From contig MFYT01000007.1 of assembly GCA_001789205.1 (NCBI GenBank), positions 3,848-67,847 of the forward strand: a DNA stretch of 64,000 nucleotides, given 5' to 3'. This document shows, piece by piece, positions 39,780-51,027 of the stretch. Numbering within the stretch: position 1 is the stretch's first letter; each line of letters starts with the position of its first letter. The DNA is from Candidatus Raymondbacteria bacterium RIFOXYA2_FULL_49_16. GTDB taxonomy: Bacteria > Fibrobacterota > OXYB2-FULL-49-7 > XYB2-FULL-49-35. Under the pieces are notes generated by a model. The model saw only the letters and a list, made by a program, of their open reading frames with translations. It ran no database searches and had not been told where the DNA came from. Both the position numbers and the translations under genes were made by a program.

Positions 39780-40253
39780 ATGTCACGTAGAAGAAGAGCT
39801 GAAAAACGCCCAGTAATACCGGATCCAAAGTTTAATAATGTTCTTGTCGCTCTTTTTATTAACGGGATTATGCGTCGCGGCAAGAAGGGTACTGCCGAGC
39901 GTATTCTTTACCGTGCCATAGATATTGCTGGCGATAAGCTCAAGACCGATGGAATCAGTGTGTTAAAAAAGGCCATAAACAATGTCAAACCCACTGTCGA
40001 AGTAAAGTCTCGCCGTATTGGAGGCGCAAACTATCAGATCCCCATCGAAGTACCCCCGGATCGACGGATGGCGCTTTGTATCCGCTGGCTCTCCGAAGCG
40101 GCCTGGGAACGCAAGGAAAAATCTATGGCGGAAAAACTGGGTTTGGAAATAGCAGCGGCTTCGAACAATGAAGGAATAGCAATCAAGAAAAAGGAAGATA
40201 CGCACCGCATGGCCGAGGCAAACAAGGCCTTTGCGCATTTCCGCTGGAGATAA
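39780..40253 (+). CDS. rpsG: 30S ribosomal protein S7
   Basis: MSRRRRAEKRPVIPDPKF...VEVKSRRIGGANYQIPIEV. Confidence 0.98.
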   Translation: MSRRRRAEKRPVIPDPKFNNVLVALFINGIMRRGKKGTAERILYRAIDIAGDKLKTDGISVLKKAINNVKPTVEVKSRRIGGANYQIPIEVPPDRRMALCIRWLSEAAWERKEKSMAEKLGLEIAAASNNEGIAIKKKEDTHRMAEANKAFAHFRWR

Positions 40254-40256
40254 TCA

Positions 40257-42344
40257 ATGGCTTCCGGCGATGATGGCATGCCGCAACGCATACGCAACAT
40301 CGGAATCATTGCCCATATTGATGCGGGAAAAACGACAACGACTGAGAGGATTTTACTTTATACAGGAAAAATACATAGGCCCGGCGAAGTCCACGATGGA
40401 AATACTATCATGGATTGGATGGACCAAGAGAGGGAACGAGGCATAACAATCACCGCGGCAGCAACGACCTGCAGGTGGAAAGAGCATACGATCAACATCA
40501 TCGATACGCCGGGGCATGTTGATTTTACTGTTGAAGTTGAACGTTCTTTGAGAGTTCTGGATGGCGCTGTAGTAGTGTTTTGCGCTGTCGGGGGCGTGCA
40601 GCCCCAGTCCGAGACCGTCTGGCACCAGGCGGACAAATACCGGATACCACGTCTTACGTTTATCAATAAAATGGATCGCGTGGGAGCTGATTTTCTTGGA
40701 ACGGTCGAGGCAATGAGAAAAAAGCTCAATGCCCGGCCGCTCATCCTTCAGATGCCTATCGGTTCTGAAGAGGCGTTTATCGGTATTGTTGACCTGGTCG
40801 AATTCAAGGCGGCCTATTTTTCAGAGGACGATTATGGTTCTCATGTTCGGTACGAAGAAATACCGGAAGGATTGGTTGCAGAGGCACGTACGCGACGAAT
40901 GGAAATGCTTGAAGAGCTGTCGCACGACAGTGATGTCATTCTGGAAAAGCTTCTTGAGGATAAGGAGATCGAGGCGGTCGAAATCCAGCAGGCCCTGCGA
41001 ACGGCAATAGTTCAATCGCGTATGTTTCCCGTATTGTGCGGAAGCGCGTTCAAGAACAAAGGCGTTCAGCAGCTGCTCGATGCGGTCGTTGCATATCTTC
41101 CATCGCCCCTAGATCGGGGAACTGTTTCAGGACATTCGCTGAGAACGCCCGAGGATATAGAGACCCGTTTCCCATCGGAAAAGGAGCCTTTATCGGCACT
41201 GGCATTCAAAATTCAGAGTGATCAGTTTGTCGGAAGGCTCGTGTTTACGCGGGTATATTCAGGAATTCTTCGGGTTGGTGATGCTGTGTTTAACGCCAAT
41301 ACAGGGAAACGAGAAAGGGTCCAACGAATTTTCCAGATGCATGCCGACAAACGAATCGAAATAGACCGGGCTAGATGCGGCGACATCGTCGCGCTCACCG
41401 GATTGCGGCAGACAGTTACCGGCAATACGCTTTGCGATGACAAACGCCCCCTTCTTTTTGAAGCCATCTCGTTTCCGACACCGGTCATTGAGATTGCAAT
41501 CGAACCCAAGTCAAAGGCTGATCAGGAAAAGTTAGGAATGTCTCTGGCAAAATTGAGCGAAGACGATCCAACCTTCAAGGTCAGAAGTGATGAAAACACG
41601 GGCCAGACACTTATTTCGGGAATGGGCGAGCTTCATCTTGAGGTTATTACAACCCGGCTGATGCGGGAGTTTCATGTCGAGGCAAATGTCGGTAAGCCAT
41701 ATGTCTCGTACAGTGAAACGATCACCCGGAGCATTGATCGCGATTTCCGGTATCAGAAGCAGACCGGTGGCAAAGGACACTATGCGCATATCATCTTTTC
41801 GGTTGGTCCGGGAAAGCCCAATAGCGGCTTTATCTTCAGGAACGATATTGTCGGCGGTCAGGTTCCCCGCGAATTTATTCCTGCTATTGAGCATGGCATG
41901 AAAGATGCGCTCAATTTCGGGCCGCGAGCTGGATATCCGGTCACCGATGTTCAGGTGGTGCTTACAGGAGGCAGCAGTCATTCGGTTGATTCGTCAGATC
42001 TTGCCTTCAGGATTGCTGGTTCATTGGGAATCAAGGAAGCGCTGGCTCAGGCCGCACCGATTATCCTTGAACCAATTATGAAGGTAAACGTGTTTGTTCC
42101 GGAAGAATATACCGGACAAGTGACTGGCGACATTAATAAAAGGAACGCGCAGATTCTCGGGATTGAGAACAAGGGCAATTTTCAAATCATCACAGCCGAG
42201 GTGCCGCTTGCCGAAATGTTCGGTTATGCGACAACGGCGAGATCACTCAGTCAGGGAAGGGCGTCGTTCGCAATGGAGTTCTCACACATAAAAGAGGTTT
42301 CGAAGGAAACATATAAACGTCTGACCGGAGATATGACGGTCTGA
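40257..42344 (+). CDS. fusA: elongation factor G
   Basis: [30 protein letters not shown] and NKMD. 695 aa. Confidence 0.98.
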   Translation: MASGDDGMPQRIRNIGIIAHIDAGKTTTTERILLYTGKIHRPGEVHDGNTIMDWMDQERERGITITAAATTCRWKEHTINIIDTPGHVDFTVEVERSLRVLDGAVVVFCAVGGVQPQSETVWHQADKYRIPRLTFINKMDRVGADFLGTVEAMRKKLNARPLILQMPIGSEEAFIGIVDLVEFKAAYFSEDDYGSHVRYEEIPEGLVAEARTRRMEMLEELSHDSDVILEKLLEDKEIEAVEIQQALRTAIVQSRMFPVLCGSAFKNKGVQQLLDAVVAYLPSPLDRGTVSGHSLRTPEDIETRFPSEKEPLSALAFKIQSDQFVGRLVFTRVYSGILRVGDAVFNANTGKRERVQRIFQMHADKRIEIDRARCGDIVALTGLRQTVTGNTLCDDKRPLLFEAISFPTPVIEIAIEPKSKADQEKLGMSLAKLSEDDPTFKVRSDENTGQTLISGMGELHLEVITTRLMREFHVEANVGKPYVSYSETITRSIDRDFRYQKQTGGKGHYAHIIFSVGPGKPNSGFIFRNDIVGGQVPREFIPAIEHGMKDALNFGPRAGYPVTDVQVVLTGGSSHSVDSSDLAFRIAGSLGIKEALAQAAPIILEPIMKVNVFVPEEYTGQVTGDINKRNAQILGIENKGNFQIITAEVPLAEMFGYATTARSLSQGRASFAMEFSHIKEVSKETYKRLTGDMTV

Positions 42345-42399
42345 CGACCAAACATAAAAGAAAGTATTTAAAAGAGAATATTGGAAACAGGGGAAGACC

Positions 42400-42708
42400 G
42401 TGGCAGGAGAAACAATTCGCATTAAGTTGAAGTCGTTCGACCATAATATGCTTGATAAGTCGGCGGCGGATATTGTCCGTACGGCAAAGACGTCGGGTGC
42501 ACGTATCTATGGGCCTATTCCGTTACCGACCAAGAAAAAAGTGTATACTGTGCTGAGGTCACCATTCGTAAATAAAAAGTCCCGCGAACAATTCGAGGTG
42601 CGTGTACACAAGCGTCTCATTGACATCATTGATTCAACGCCTCAAACCATAGATTCGCTTATGAAACTCGATCTGCCCGCTGGCGTCGATGTTGAAATCA
42701 AAGTATAG
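42400..42708 (+). CDS. rpsJ: 30S ribosomal protein S10
   Basis: [21 protein letters not shown]...GPIPLPT. GTG start. Confidence 0.97.
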   Translation: MAGETIRIKLKSFDHNMLDKSAADIVRTAKTSGARIYGPIPLPTKKKVYTVLRSPFVNKKSREQFEVRVHKRLIDIIDSTPQTIDSLMKLDLPAGVDVEIKV

Positions 42709-42717
42709 GACATAGAT

Positions 42718-43350
42718 ATGCTGAACAAAGTATTTGCAAAGAAAATAGGAATGACCTCCGTGTTCAATAGTGAAGGACAGCGGCTCGGCGTCACGGTGCT
42801 TCAGGCCTTTCCATTGAAAATTCTTCAGATCAAGACAAAAGAACATGATGGGTACAACGCTTTGGTCGTCGGATTTAACCGGTGCAGGGAGAAATCAATC
42901 CGCGCTCCGCAGCGAGGCCTGTTAAAAAAGGCCGGTTCTGATCCGGTTCGCTGTATTGCCGAGACGACAGCTGACGATTTTTCGAAATATTCCGTTGGTC
43001 AGGAAGTCGGACTCGACGCTTTTACAGGGGTCTCCAAGGTTGATATTTCAGGGACCTCAAAAGGGCGAGGATTTGCGGGCGGTATAAAACGCCATCATTT
43101 CCATCGTGGACGAGAAACCCACGGAAACAAGATGCATCGTGAAGGCGGTTCTATTGGTCAGCATACTGATCCATCGAACGTCTGGAAAGGGAAGCGCATG
43201 GCCGGACGCATGGGCGGGAAACCGGCCACGGTCCGAAATGTTGAGATTTTCAGCATTGATACTGAAAAAAACATCATCATCATAGAAGGCGCTGTTCCGG
43301 GCGCTAACAGCGGTGTTATCAATATTACCCGCGCATACGGAAGAAAGTAG
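42718..43350 (+). CDS. rplC: 50S ribosomal protein L3
   Basis: KKIGMTSVF and GTSKGRGFAGGIKRHHF. Confidence 0.97.
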   Translation: MLNKVFAKKIGMTSVFNSEGQRLGVTVLQAFPLKILQIKTKEHDGYNALVVGFNRCREKSIRAPQRGLLKKAGSDPVRCIAETTADDFSKYSVGQEVGLDAFTGVSKVDISGTSKGRGFAGGIKRHHFHRGRETHGNKMHREGGSIGQHTDPSNVWKGKRMAGRMGGKPATVRNVEIFSIDTEKNIIIIEGAVPGANSGVINITRAYGRK

Positions 43351-43359
43351 GCTATCTCT

Positions 43360-44001
43360 ATGACAGAAGCAGTAGTGTATACAAAAGAAGGCGTGCAAAA
43401 AGGAACAGTAATGCTTGATGCCGCCCTGTTTGAAAAAAAAGTGAACGATAATCTCATATGGGAATATGTAAAGCATTTTCAGACCAACCAGCGTCAGGGA
43501 ACCGCCAAGGCAAAAGGACGCGGTGAAGTGTCGGGTGGCGGAATTAAACCTTGGCGGCAGAAAGGAACGGGACGGGCTCGTTCAGGATCAAACACATCAC
43601 CCATCTGGGTACGCGGCGGCAAGGCCTTTCATCCGGTTCCCCGCGATTATTACGATGCGCTTCCGCGGCGTAAACGCCGTGCTGCTATGCTTGCGGCTCT
43701 TTCACTCAGGGCCCAGGAGAACAATGTCCGGGTCATCGAAGACTTATCGGTGCAAAGCGGCAAAACCCGTGACTTTGTTTCTGTGTTGGATGCTTTGAAT
43801 CTGGGCGATGGACGTGTTTTGTTTATCACCGAAAATAATAATAAGAGTCTCTATCTGGCCGCTCGTAATGTTCCGAATGCGGATGTCCAGAGCGTCGCTA
43901 CGGTCAATGCCTACGATGTTATCAAGTGCGCAAATGTCGTTCTTTCGGCAAAGGCGATTGAGGGGCTCAAGAAGAAATTGTCAGAAGAAAAGGACGGCTA
44001 A
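43360..44001 (+). CDS. rplD: 50S ribosomal protein L4
   Basis: GGGIKPWRQKGTGRARSGS. Confidence 0.97.
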   Translation: MTEAVVYTKEGVQKGTVMLDAALFEKKVNDNLIWEYVKHFQTNQRQGTAKAKGRGEVSGGGIKPWRQKGTGRARSGSNTSPIWVRGGKAFHPVPRDYYDALPRRKRRAAMLAALSLRAQENNVRVIEDLSVQSGKTRDFVSVLDALNLGDGRVLFITENNNKSLYLAARNVPNADVQSVATVNAYDVIKCANVVLSAKAIEGLKKKLSEEKDG

Positions 44002-44288
44002 TGTTGTACCGTGACCTCATCCGTGTACCATCGGTAACGGAAAAGAACAATATCATGCGGATGGAACAGAATAAATATGTTTTTGAAGTGGATCCATCGG
44101 CGAATAAAATAGAGATCAAGAAGGCCGTTGAAACCATATTCAACGTGAAAGTGATCTCGGTCAATACGCAGAACATCATGGGTAAAATGAAACGCATGGG
44201 CCGGTACGCGGGCCAACGGCCATCATGGAAAAAAGCGGTGGTTAAGTTGCAGAAGGGCGCTTCCATCCCGATTTTTGAGGGAGCATAA
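44001..44288 (+). CDS. rplW: 50S ribosomal protein L23
   Basis: [25 protein letters not shown]. Confidence 0.96.
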   Translation: MLYRDLIRVPSVTEKNNIMRMEQNKYVFEVDPSANKIEIKKAVETIFNVKVISVNTQNIMGKMKRMGRYAGQRPSWKKAVVKLQKGASIPIFEGA

Positions 44289-44290
44289 GC

Positions 44291-45130
44291 ATGGGCATCA
44301 AACGCTTTAAACCAGTAACCAAGACACTTCGGTTCAAAACAATGCTCGATTTTTCCGAGCTGTTGAAAAAAGAACCTGAGAAATCCCTTTTAGCGCCTCT
44401 GCATAAAACAGGCGGCAGAAACGCACGTGGCCGTATTACTTCCCGCAGGCGCGGCGGCGGACATAAGCAGAAATACCGCATTGTCGATTTTACACGCAAC
44501 AAAGTCGGTATCTCGTCAGTTGTCGTGGGAATTGAATACGATCCCAATCGAAGTGCTCGTATCGCGCTTCTTAAATATGCTGATGGCGAGCGCGCCTACA
44601 TTTTGTCCCCAGCCGGGTTGAAAACTGGTGATGTGGTAATTTCAGGTTCTCAGGTGCCAATCAAGACAGGCAATGCTATGCCTCTTGGCGAGATACCGGC
44701 TGGTACCGATGTCCACAATATCGAACTAGTACGCGGTAAGGGCGCGCAAATAGCACGGTCGGCAGGATCGTACTGCACTGTCATGGCAAAAGAAGGTGAT
44801 ATGGTTCAGTTGCGCCTTCCATCAGGTGAAATCCGTATTGTCCACAATAATTGCTTTGCGACCATTGGACAAGTGGGGAACGCCGACCATGAGAATGTTT
44901 CGTTGGGCAAGGCAGGCCGAACCAGATGGCTTGGCCGGCGACCCAAGGTTCGTGGTATGGTGATGAATCCTGTTGACCATCCTATGGGGGGCGGCGAAGG
45001 CCGTTCAAAGAGCGGTGGCGGCAGGCAGCACCCGGAATCACCGTGGGGTCTTAACGCCAAAGGTAAAAAAACCAGGCGAAGGAAGAAGGCCAGTTCTCGT
45101 TTTATCATTAGTCGGCGCACCAAGAAATAG
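44291..45130 (+). CDS. rplB: 50S ribosomal protein L2
   Basis: [18 protein letters not shown] and [14 protein letters not shown]. Confidence 0.98.
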   Translation: MGIKRFKPVTKTLRFKTMLDFSELLKKEPEKSLLAPLHKTGGRNARGRITSRRRGGGHKQKYRIVDFTRNKVGISSVVVGIEYDPNRSARIALLKYADGERAYILSPAGLKTGDVVISGSQVPIKTGNAMPLGEIPAGTDVHNIELVRGKGAQIARSAGSYCTVMAKEGDMVQLRLPSGEIRIVHNNCFATIGQVGNADHENVSLGKAGRTRWLGRRPKVRGMVMNPVDHPMGGGEGRSKSGGGRQHPESPWGLNAKGKKTRRRKKASSRFIISRRTKK

Positions 45131-45145
45131 CCGGGAGGAAAAGTA

Positions 45146-45442
45146 ATGGGCCGTTCAATCAAAAAGGGACCGTTCATCGATCTGCATCTGTTAAAAAAGA
45201 TCCTTGAGCAGAACGAAAAGAGTGAGAAGAAGATAATCAAAACGTGGTCACGGCGTTCCACTATAACACCCGATTTTATCGGGCACACCTTTTCTGTATA
45301 CAACGGCAAGAAGTTCATTCCGGTGTATGTCACTGAAAACATGGTCGGGCACAAGTTGGGTGAGTTCGCTCCTACCCGTACCTTTAAAGGTCATAGTGGA
45401 AAACTTTCTGAGCGCACACCGGCAACAACCACAGTCAAGTAA
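45146..45442 (+). CDS. rpsS: 30S ribosomal protein S19
   Basis: [12 protein letters not shown] and [17 protein letters not shown]. Confidence 0.98.
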   Translation: MGRSIKKGPFIDLHLLKKILEQNEKSEKKIIKTWSRRSTITPDFIGHTFSVYNGKKFIPVYVTENMVGHKLGEFAPTRTFKGHSGKLSERTPATTTVK

Positions 45443-45459
45443 CGCGGAGCACAAACGTC

Positions 45460-45798
45460 ATGGAAAAGAAAGCATTGCTGAAATATACCAAGATCGGACC
45501 TCGTAAAGCCCGACGCATCGCTGACCAGATACGAAAGAAAACGGTCGACCAAGCGCTTTTTTTTCTTGGCGCCATGAAAAATCGGCAGAAGGCGATTGAA
45601 CCCATTGAAAAAACGCTCAAGTCGGCGGTGGCAAATCTAGCGGTTGAGCAACCGAATATCGACACGGAAAAACTTTTTGTGAAGGAAGTCCTGGTCGATG
45701 GAGGTCCCATGCAGAAACGCATACGGCCCCGCGCACAGGGCCGTGCGTATAGCAGGCTCAAAAGAACAAGCCATATCACCATCATTATTTCAGATTAA
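45460..45798 (+). CDS. rplV: 50S ribosomal protein L22
   Basis: [17 protein letters not shown] and [22 protein letters not shown]. Confidence 0.97.
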   Translation: MEKKALLKYTKIGPRKARRIADQIRKKTVDQALFFLGAMKNRQKAIEPIEKTLKSAVANLAVEQPNIDTEKLFVKEVLVDGGPMQKRIRPRAQGRAYSRLKRTSHITIIISD

Positions 45799-45817
45799 CG
45801 AGGAGTGGAGGAACAAG

Positions 45818-46468
45818 TTGGGACAGAAAGTAAATCCGATCGGCCTGCGGCTGGGAATTAATAAGACCTGGAGTTCCCGATGGTTTGCAAAAAGCAATAA
45901 GTTTGCCGACCTGCTCAAAGAAGACATGCTTATTAGACGATATATCGGTATTCGTCTGCAGAAAGCAAGCATCTCCAGTGTGGGTATCGACCGTACCGCG
46001 AAGAAGATTATCGTAAATATTTTCACCGCTCGACCTGGTATTGTCATTGGAAAAAAAGGTGAGGAAGTAGAACGTCTCAAGGAAGAGTTGCAGCAGATTA
46101 CGCAGAAAGAAGTGTATATAAACATCCGTGAAATAAAACGGCCCGAGATTGACGCACAACTGGTGGCCGAAAATATTGCCCACCAGATCGAACGGCGCAT
46201 TTCCTTTAAAAGGGCCATGAAGAAATCAATATCCTCTGCTGTCAAGATGGGGATACAAGGGATTAAAATAAAATGCGGGGGCAGACTCGGCGGTTCTGAA
46301 ATAGCCCGAACGGCAGAAATGAAGGAGGGACGTATTCCGCTGCATACGCTCCGGGCCGATATCGATTACGCCACTTCACTTGCAAAGACTACGTATGGCA
46401 TTATCGGTATTAAGGTCTGGATTTTCAAGGGAATGATCATTAAAGTAGAAAAACAACAAGAAAATTAA
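45818..46468 (+). CDS. rpsC: 30S ribosomal protein S3
   Basis: TTG start giving (M)[22 protein letters not shown], with GGAGTGGAGG upstream. The track ORF start at 45698 overlaps rplV and was rejected. Confidence 0.96.
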   Translation: MGQKVNPIGLRLGINKTWSSRWFAKSNKFADLLKEDMLIRRYIGIRLQKASISSVGIDRTAKKIIVNIFTARPGIVIGKKGEEVERLKEELQQITQKEVYINIREIKRPEIDAQLVAENIAHQIERRISFKRAMKKSISSAVKMGIQGIKIKCGGRLGGSEIARTAEMKEGRIPLHTLRADIDYATSLAKTTYGIIGIKVWIFKGMIIKVEKQQEN

Positions 46469-46486
46469 TACTGGCGTGGAGCATAC

Positions 46487-46897
46487 ATGTTAAGTCCGAA
46501 AAAAGTAAAATGGCGCAAGGTTATGAAGGGCCGGATCCGGGGGCATGCGACTCGCGGGCAGCATCTCAGCTTCGGTGATTACGGTCTCCAGGCAGTGGAG
46601 GCCGGGTGGATAACTAACCGGCAAATTGAAGCGGCCCGCGTGGCTATCTCCCGGTTCGTGAAAAAGGGTGCCAAATTGTGGATCCGTATTTTTCCGGACA
46701 AACCAATAACCAAGAAGCCCGCTGAAACCCGTATGGGTGGCGGTAAAGGCAACCCTGAATACTGGGTGGCAGTCATCAAACCGGGACGGATACTGTTCGA
46801 ACTAGCGGGTTGCGATTCTGCGCATGCGCAGGAGGCGTTGCGGCGGGGCGGGAACAAGCTGCCTCTGAACACCGGTTTTGTCACAGAAGAGGGATAA
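46487..46897 (+). CDS. rplP: 50S ribosomal protein L16
   Basis: [16 protein letters not shown] and [15 protein letters not shown]. Confidence 0.97.
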   Translation: MLSPKKVKWRKVMKGRIRGHATRGQHLSFGDYGLQAVEAGWITNRQIEAARVAISRFVKKGAKLWIRIFPDKPITKKPAETRMGGGKGNPEYWVAVIKPGRILFELAGCDSAHAQEALRRGGNKLPLNTGFVTEEG

Positions 46898-46904
46898 TTA
46901 CACT

Positions 46905-47129
46905 ATGGCAAAGGCAAAAGACCTCCGCGTACTCGCGGATACTGAGTTGCAACAAAAAGAACTCGACCTCCGTGAAGAGTTGTTTAACGTCAGATTTCAG
47001 CAGACCGTTGGACAATTGGAAAACCCGGTCAGAAAACGCCTGCTGCGAAAGGATATCGCACGGGTCAAGACACTTAAGCGCGAACGGGCCTTATCGGCGA
47101 ACATAGCGCAAGCCAAGACGGGAGCATAA
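46905..47129 (+). CDS. rpmC: 50S ribosomal protein L29
   Basis: MAKAKDLRVLADTELQQKELDLREELFNVRFQ. Confidence 0.95.
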   Translation: MAKAKDLRVLADTELQQKELDLREELFNVRFQQTVGQLENPVRKRLLRKDIARVKTLKRERALSANIAQAKTGA

Positions 47130-47384
47130 ATGGACCGCAACAAGAGAAGGGTACGGACAGGTATCGTCATAAAAAATGCGATGGATAAAAGCATTGTGGT
47201 GAAGGTCGAACGAGCGCAGGCGCATTTGTTGTACGATAAAGTTGTTAAGAAAAAAAGCACATTCATGGCGCACGACGATAAAAATGAGTGTAACATCGGC
47301 GATTTAGTTGAGATTGCGGAAACGCGGCCCTTGAGCAAAATGAAGCGGTGGCGCCTTACGCGAATTATACAGAAAGTGCAGTGA
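47130..47384 (+). CDS. rpsQ: 30S ribosomal protein S17
   Basis: RTGIVIKNAMDKSIVVKVER and GDLVEIAETRPLSKMKRW. Confidence 0.96.
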   Translation: MDRNKRRVRTGIVIKNAMDKSIVVKVERAQAHLLYDKVVKKKSTFMAHDDKNECNIGDLVEIAETRPLSKMKRWRLTRIIQKVQ

Positions 47385-47412
47385 TTGAACGTTTTGACGG
47401 TGGAGTGACACC

Positions 47413-47781
47413 ATGATTCTTGCAGAAACAAGACTGTTGGTTGCGGATAACTCGGGTGCTAAAAAGGTCGCTTGCATCAAGGTATTGGGTGGTAGCAAGC
47501 GGCGGTATGCATCCGTGGGAGACATTATTGTCGCGTCTGTAAAAGATGCGTTACCAACGAGCAATGTGAAAAAAGGCGATGTTGTGAGAGCCGTAGTCGT
47601 CAGGACTCTTAAGGAAATGTCCCGTAAGGACGGTACATATGTGCGATTCAGCGACAATGCGGTGGTTCTGATCAATCCTCAGAACGAGCCGATTGGCACC
47701 CGTATTTTCGGGCCTATAGCCCGTGAATTACGCGATAGAAACTTCATGAAAATCGTGTCGTTGGCGCCAGAAGTTCTCTAG
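47413..47781 (+). CDS. rplN: 50S ribosomal protein L14
   Basis: [20 protein letters not shown]. Confidence 0.98.
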   Translation: MILAETRLLVADNSGAKKVACIKVLGGSKRRYASVGDIIVASVKDALPTSNVKKGDVVRAVVVRTLKEMSRKDGTYVRFSDNAVVLINPQNEPIGTRIFGPIARELRDRNFMKIVSLAPEVL

Positions 47782-47800
47782 TGAGTAAGGAGTAGATACA

Positions 47801-48124
47801 GTGAAACTGAAAAAAGGTGATCAGGTTCAAATTATCGCGGGCAAAGGCGCCGCCGGCAACAAGGTTGTCACCGGCAAGGTACTCAAAGTGTTCCTGAAAA
47901 AGGACCGGGTGCTGGTCGAAGGTTACAATATGATCAAGCGCCATCGGAAGCCAACGTCCAAAAGTCCGCAAGGCGGTATCATCGAGAAAGAAGCGCCCAT
48001 CCACGTTTCAAATGTCATGCTCGTGTCTCCAAAATCGGGAAAGATAACGCGTGTTGGGGCGAAATTTCTTGAGAATAACAAGAAGGTACGCTATTCACGC
48101 ACACTACAGGAAGAGATTGACTGA
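47801..48124 (+). CDS. rplX: 50S ribosomal protein L24
   Basis: KLKKGDQVQIIAGKGAAGNK (KOW domain). GTG start. Confidence 0.95.
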   Translation: MKLKKGDQVQIIAGKGAAGNKVVTGKVLKVFLKKDRVLVEGYNMIKRHRKPTSKSPQGGIIEKEAPIHVSNVMLVSPKSGKITRVGAKFLENNKKVRYSRTLQEEID

Positions 48125-48126
48125 TT

Positions 48127-48744
48127 ATGACACGTCTAAAACAGTATTATCACGAACAAGTTGTTCCTACCCTGATGCAGAAAATACAGTATAAAAATGT
48201 GCACCAGGTGCCCACAATCAAGCGGATTATTCTCAATGTCGGTACAGGCGAACCGTCAGCCAATCCTGGTCTGCATGAGGATGCCCTGAAGACGCTTTCT
48301 CTCATTACCGGCCAGAAAGCGGTGCCTACCAAGGCAAAAAAGGCGATTTCGAATTTCAAGATCAGACTCGGACAGCCCATCGGCTGCAGAGTTTCACTCA
48401 CGGGCGACCGCATGTGGGAATTTCTCGACCGTTTCATCAATCTTGCGGTACCCCGTATACGCGATTTCAGAGGGCTTTCGCGCCGCGGCATGGACGGCAG
48501 GGGCAATTTTACACTCGGCCTCAAGGAACAGATTATCTTTCACGAGGTCGATCCTGACAAGATCAAGAAGCTCCACGGTATGAATATCACGGTCTGCACA
48601 TCGGCCCCCACTGACAACGAGGGTATAGAACTGCTTGGGGCCCTCGGCATGCCCTTTAGAAAAGAAAAGGAAAATCTTGATAAAAAGAAGAAGAGGAAAA
48701 AGGTTCAGTCGTCTAACCAAGAAATTCCGCAAGAGAAAGAATAA
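48127..48744 (+). CDS. rplE: 50S ribosomal protein L5 (with K/E-rich C-terminal tail)
   Basis: RLKQYYHEQVVPTLMQK and FRGLSRRGMDGRGNFTLGLKEQIIFHE. 205 aa. Confidence 0.97.
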   Translation: MTRLKQYYHEQVVPTLMQKIQYKNVHQVPTIKRIILNVGTGEPSANPGLHEDALKTLSLITGQKAVPTKAKKAISNFKIRLGQPIGCRVSLTGDRMWEFLDRFINLAVPRIRDFRGLSRRGMDGRGNFTLGLKEQIIFHEVDPDKIKKLHGMNITVCTSAPTDNEGIELLGALGMPFRKEKENLDKKKKRKKVQSSNQEIPQEKE

Positions 48745-48756
48745 GGAGGTATGTGA

Positions 48757-48942
48757 GTGGCCACCAAGTGCTGGGTTGAAAAATCGAAACGAAAGCCGAA
48801 ATTTAAAACGCGTAAGGTAAACAGGTGCCAGCGGTGCGGAAGACGCCGCGGCTATATGGGTGATTTCGGCCTGTGCAGAATATGTTTCCGGGACATGGCC
48901 CTCAATGGGCTCATACCCGGGGTAACCAAAGCCAGCTGGTAA
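48757..48942 (+). CDS. rpsN: 30S ribosomal protein S14, short Zn-ribbon type (type Z)
   Basis: 61 aa. [25 protein letters not shown] start. Confidence 0.96.
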   Translation: MATKCWVEKSKRKPKFKTRKVNRCQRCGRRRGYMGDFGLCRICFRDMALNGLIPGVTKASW

Positions 48943-48977
48943 AGCGGGCCACTAAAACAAAGGAGAAGGCTAATCTC

Positions 48978-49373
48978 ATGGCAGTCACCGATCCAATTGC
49001 AGATATGCTCACGCGGATCAGAAATGCGATCCAGGCCCGGCAGAAGACGGTCTCTTTTCCAGCATCGTACGTAAAGCGGGAAATCTGCCGCATCCTTGTG
49101 GAGCGTAAATTTTTGCGCAAATTCGTTGTCGTCAGCGAAGGCAACCGGAATGTTATAAAAGCCCTGCTGAAATTCAAAAATGGCGAGAGCGTGATACAGG
49201 GTTTGCAACGCATCTCTACTCCCGGACGGCGCGTTTATCGAAGTGCCGATACTCTGCCCAAGGTTCTGAATGGTCTGGGCATCGCCATCATCTCAACCTC
49301 GCGCGGCATGATGACCGATTACGACGCCAAACAGAACAAGGTGGGCGGCGAAGTCATGTGCAAGGTGTGGTAA
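48978..49373 (+). CDS. rpsH: 30S ribosomal protein S8
   Basis: MAVTDPIADMLTRIRNA. The track ORF start at 48873 overlaps rpsN and was rejected. Confidence 0.97.
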   Translation: MAVTDPIADMLTRIRNAIQARQKTVSFPASYVKREICRILVERKFLRKFVVVSEGNRNVIKALLKFKNGESVIQGLQRISTPGRRVYRSADTLPKVLNGLGIAIISTSRGMMTDYDAKQNKVGGEVMCKVW

Positions 49374-49391
49374 TATGAAGAAGGGGAACCC

Positions 49392-49928
49392 ATGTCACGG
49401 ATAGGAAAATTACCGATTTCAATTCCCGATAAAGTCAAAGTCAATCTTACTGGGTGTACGCTTAGCGTGCAGGGGCCAAAAGGAGCACTTTCCCAGGAAA
49501 TTAATCCTCTGGTTAGTGTTGAGATTTCCGGGAATACAGTCGTTATCAAACGCAGCTCTGATGAGAAAACGGTGCGTGCACTTCACGGATTGTACCGAGC
49601 GCTTGTTCAGAATATGGTCGTGGGAGTAACTCAAGGATATGAAAAGGCGCTTGAGGTTATCGGCGTGGGTTACAAGGCGATTATGAAGGGCAGGGACGTG
49701 GAAGTATCAGTGGGTTTCAGTAGCCCGCGTCTTTTCAAATGTCCGGAAAATGTGAAGGTCGCTTGCGAGGGAACGAATAAAATCCGTATTTCAGGGTGTG
49801 ATAAAAAATTGGTCGGCCAAGTTGCCGCGAATATTCGTAAGATCCGTCCACCAGAACCGTACAAAGGTAAAGGCATCAAATACGCTGACGAATACATTAA
49901 GCGCAAGGTTGGTAAGGCAACCGCATAA
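49392..49928 (+). CDS. rplF: 50S ribosomal protein L6
   Basis: MSRIGKLPISIPDKVKV and PEPYKGKGIKY. Confidence 0.97.
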   Translation: MSRIGKLPISIPDKVKVNLTGCTLSVQGPKGALSQEINPLVSVEISGNTVVIKRSSDEKTVRALHGLYRALVQNMVVGVTQGYEKALEVIGVGYKAIMKGRDVEVSVGFSSPRLFKCPENVKVACEGTNKIRISGCDKKLVGQVAANIRKIRPPEPYKGKGIKYADEYIKRKVGKATA

Positions 49929-49945
49929 CCAGCACCGAGGACACT

Positions 49946-50299
49946 ATGAGCACATACAAATCACGGCATGAGCGGCGCGAAGCCAAAAAAAAGGCGATCC
50001 GGGAAAAGCTTATGCTCTCTCCCGGCAGGCCCCGTCTTTGCATACGCAGGACCCTTCAGCATATGATTGCGCAGGTCGTCGATGACTCCAAAGGAGTCTC
50101 GCTTGTCCAGATCAATTCAAAGGCACTCAATATTAAAGGTAAAAAGACGGCAGTGGCAAAGGAACTGGGAAAGGCCATGGCCGAAAAACTCATTGCCATG
50201 GGTATTTCAAAGGTCGTTTTTGACCGGAGCGGATACCTGTATCACGGCCGTGTCAAGGCACTGGCCGATGGCGCGCGTGAAAAGGGCCTTGTATTTTAG
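49946..50299 (+). CDS. rplR: 50S ribosomal protein L18
   Basis: [19 protein letters not shown] and [24 protein letters not shown]. Confidence 0.97.
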   Translation: MSTYKSRHERREAKKKAIREKLMLSPGRPRLCIRRTLQHMIAQVVDDSKGVSLVQINSKALNIKGKKTAVAKELGKAMAEKLIAMGISKVVFDRSGYLYHGRVKALADGAREKGLVF

Positions 50300-50317
50300 G
50301 CGTAGAGGAGGGTTCGT

Positions 50318-50818
50318 TTGATAGCACAACATGTCATGGACGGCAGCGACCGGAGAGCTGAAGGCAGCGAATTCGAGGAACGTGTCGTATCCATCAAGCG
50401 GGTCGCCAAAGTCGTAAAGGGCGGTCGGCGGTTCGGATTCAGCGCTTTCGTGGTTGTTGGCAACAAAAGCGGCAAGGTGGGCATTGGTCTTGGAAAAGCA
50501 AATGAAGTGTCCGCAGCGATCCACAAGGGAACCGATGTTGCCAAACGGCATCTGGTAGACATTGTATTACGCGGTAATACTATTCCCCACGAAATGCTGG
50601 GAGAGTTTAATGCGGCAAAGGTGGTATTGCGTCCTGCTGCACCGGGAACGGGTGTTATTGCTGGCGGCGCTGCGCGTGCGGTACTTGAACTCGTGGGAGT
50701 TTCCGATGTACTCACTAAGTCCCTGGGATCAAACAATGCCCAGAATATTGCGAAAGCCACTCTCGAAGGTCTCAAGGCCCTCAGAGACAAATCACAGTTT
50801 ACCGAGTTACGCAACTAA
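50318..50818 (+). CDS. rpsE: 30S ribosomal protein S5
   Basis: [30 protein letters not shown] start 8 nt after GAGGAGG; ATG 50336 is an alternative start. Confidence 0.95.
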   Translation: MIAQHVMDGSDRRAEGSEFEERVVSIKRVAKVVKGGRRFGFSAFVVVGNKSGKVGIGLGKANEVSAAIHKGTDVAKRHLVDIVLRGNTIPHEMLGEFNAAKVVLRPAAPGTGVIAGGAARAVLELVGVSDVLTKSLGSNNAQNIAKATLEGLKALRDKSQFTELRN

Positions 50819-50839
50819 CTTTTTTTGAACGGACGAGGT

Positions 50840-51022
50840 ATGGCAGGAAAAATTAGAATTATTCAGAAGCGGGGCCTTTCAGGCTGCACACAGCGTCAGA
50901 TCGATACGGTCAGGGGGTTGGGTCTCCGGAAAATCCGGCATGCTGTTGAACAGAACAAGACTCCGGCGGTCTTGGGTATGGTTAAAACTGTTTCACACTT
51001 AGTAACCATAGAGGAAATCTAA
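50840..51022 (+). CDS. rpmD: 50S ribosomal protein L30
   Basis: MAGKIRIIQKRGLSGCTQRQIDTVRGLGLRKI. Confidence 0.93.
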   Translation: MAGKIRIIQKRGLSGCTQRQIDTVRGLGLRKIRHAVEQNKTPAVLGMVKTVSHLVTIEEI

Positions 51023-51027
51023 ATCCT

